From Sulfolobus acidocaldarius DSM 639 (GTDB lineage: Archaea > Thermoproteota > Thermoprotei_A > Sulfolobales > Sulfolobaceae), in assembly GCF_000012285.1 (NCBI RefSeq), contig NC_007181.1:180001-212000 (forward strand): a stretch of DNA of 32,000 nt, in the 5' to 3' direction. The number at the start of each line of letters is the position of its first letter. The stretch's first letter is position 1. Of the stretch, positions 31,570 through 32,000 are shown in pieces. The notes beneath the pieces are model-generated. The model made no database searches, had not been told where the DNA came from, and saw nothing but the letters and a program-made list of their open reading frames with translations. The position numbers were made by a program, and so were the translations under genes.

Positions 31570-32000
31570 TATAATCTCCTCGGGTCAGTTATTTTACCTT
31601 CTAATGCGGTAGCCGCAGCCACTGCGGGTCCTGATAGATAGACTTTTGCGTCAGGACTTCCCATTCTTCCTTTGAAGTTTCTTGAACTTGTTGAGATTAT
31701 TGTCTCTCCTGGACCCGCTATACCAAAGTGTCCTCCTAAACATGGACCGCATGTCCCATAAGTTATTATAGCCCCAGCATCAGCTAACGTCTGCACATAA
31801 CCTAGCTCTAATGCTTTCTTGAACAGCTGATAAGAGGCTGGAATCACAATTGTTCTTGTTTTAACTTTCTTTCCTTTCAATATCTTAGCTGCCATCTCAA
31901 GATCGCTTATTCTTCCGTTGGTGCAAGATCCTATGAAAACTTGATCTACTGGTGTACCTTCTACCTCATTTACGCTCTTTACGTTATCTACACTATGAGG
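31569..32000 (-). CDS. leuC: 3-isopropylmalate dehydratase large subunit (LeuC-type), partial, running off the right edge
   Basis: Track ORF begins at 31895, but the frame stays open to 32000: [43 protein letters not shown]. Fe-S Cys motifs SCTNGR and [13 protein letters not shown]. Confidence 0.92.

Overview
This is a 32 kb window of an AT-rich crenarchaeal chromosome. Protein content matches Sulfolobales and looks like Sulfolobus acidocaldarius; that assignment is from recalled family similarity, not a search. It is mostly ordinary chromosomal coding sequence. Recognisable parts are a moaB operon, an Entner-Doudoroff block (kdgA-kdgK-gapN), an MscS channel, a ferritin-like/encapsulin fusion, transporters, a TldD/PmbA-like protein, an SDR, a HAD hydrolase and a B12-binding radical SAM protein. 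Further on are a CDF transporter and a citrate/methylcitrate-type block (citrate synthase, PrpB-like, PrpD-like, MDH), then a 2-hydroxyacid dehydrogenase, an aminotransferase, a BluB-like nitroreductase and leuD/leuC. The least explained segment is 4134-6299, which has no ORF above 60 aa. It contains several short hydrophobic ORFs and, at 5093-5364, an apparently frameshifted signal-peptide-like leader followed by a Cys-rich hydrophobic tail that resembles an archaeal bacteriocin precursor. Other notable observations are a citrate synthase frame with no ATG/GTG/TTG start (an ACG sits where the start should be), a perfect 134-bp direct repeat inside two tandem PaREP1-like genes, and a BluB-like flavoenzyme. 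No CRISPR array, tRNA, rRNA or intact transposon was recognised.
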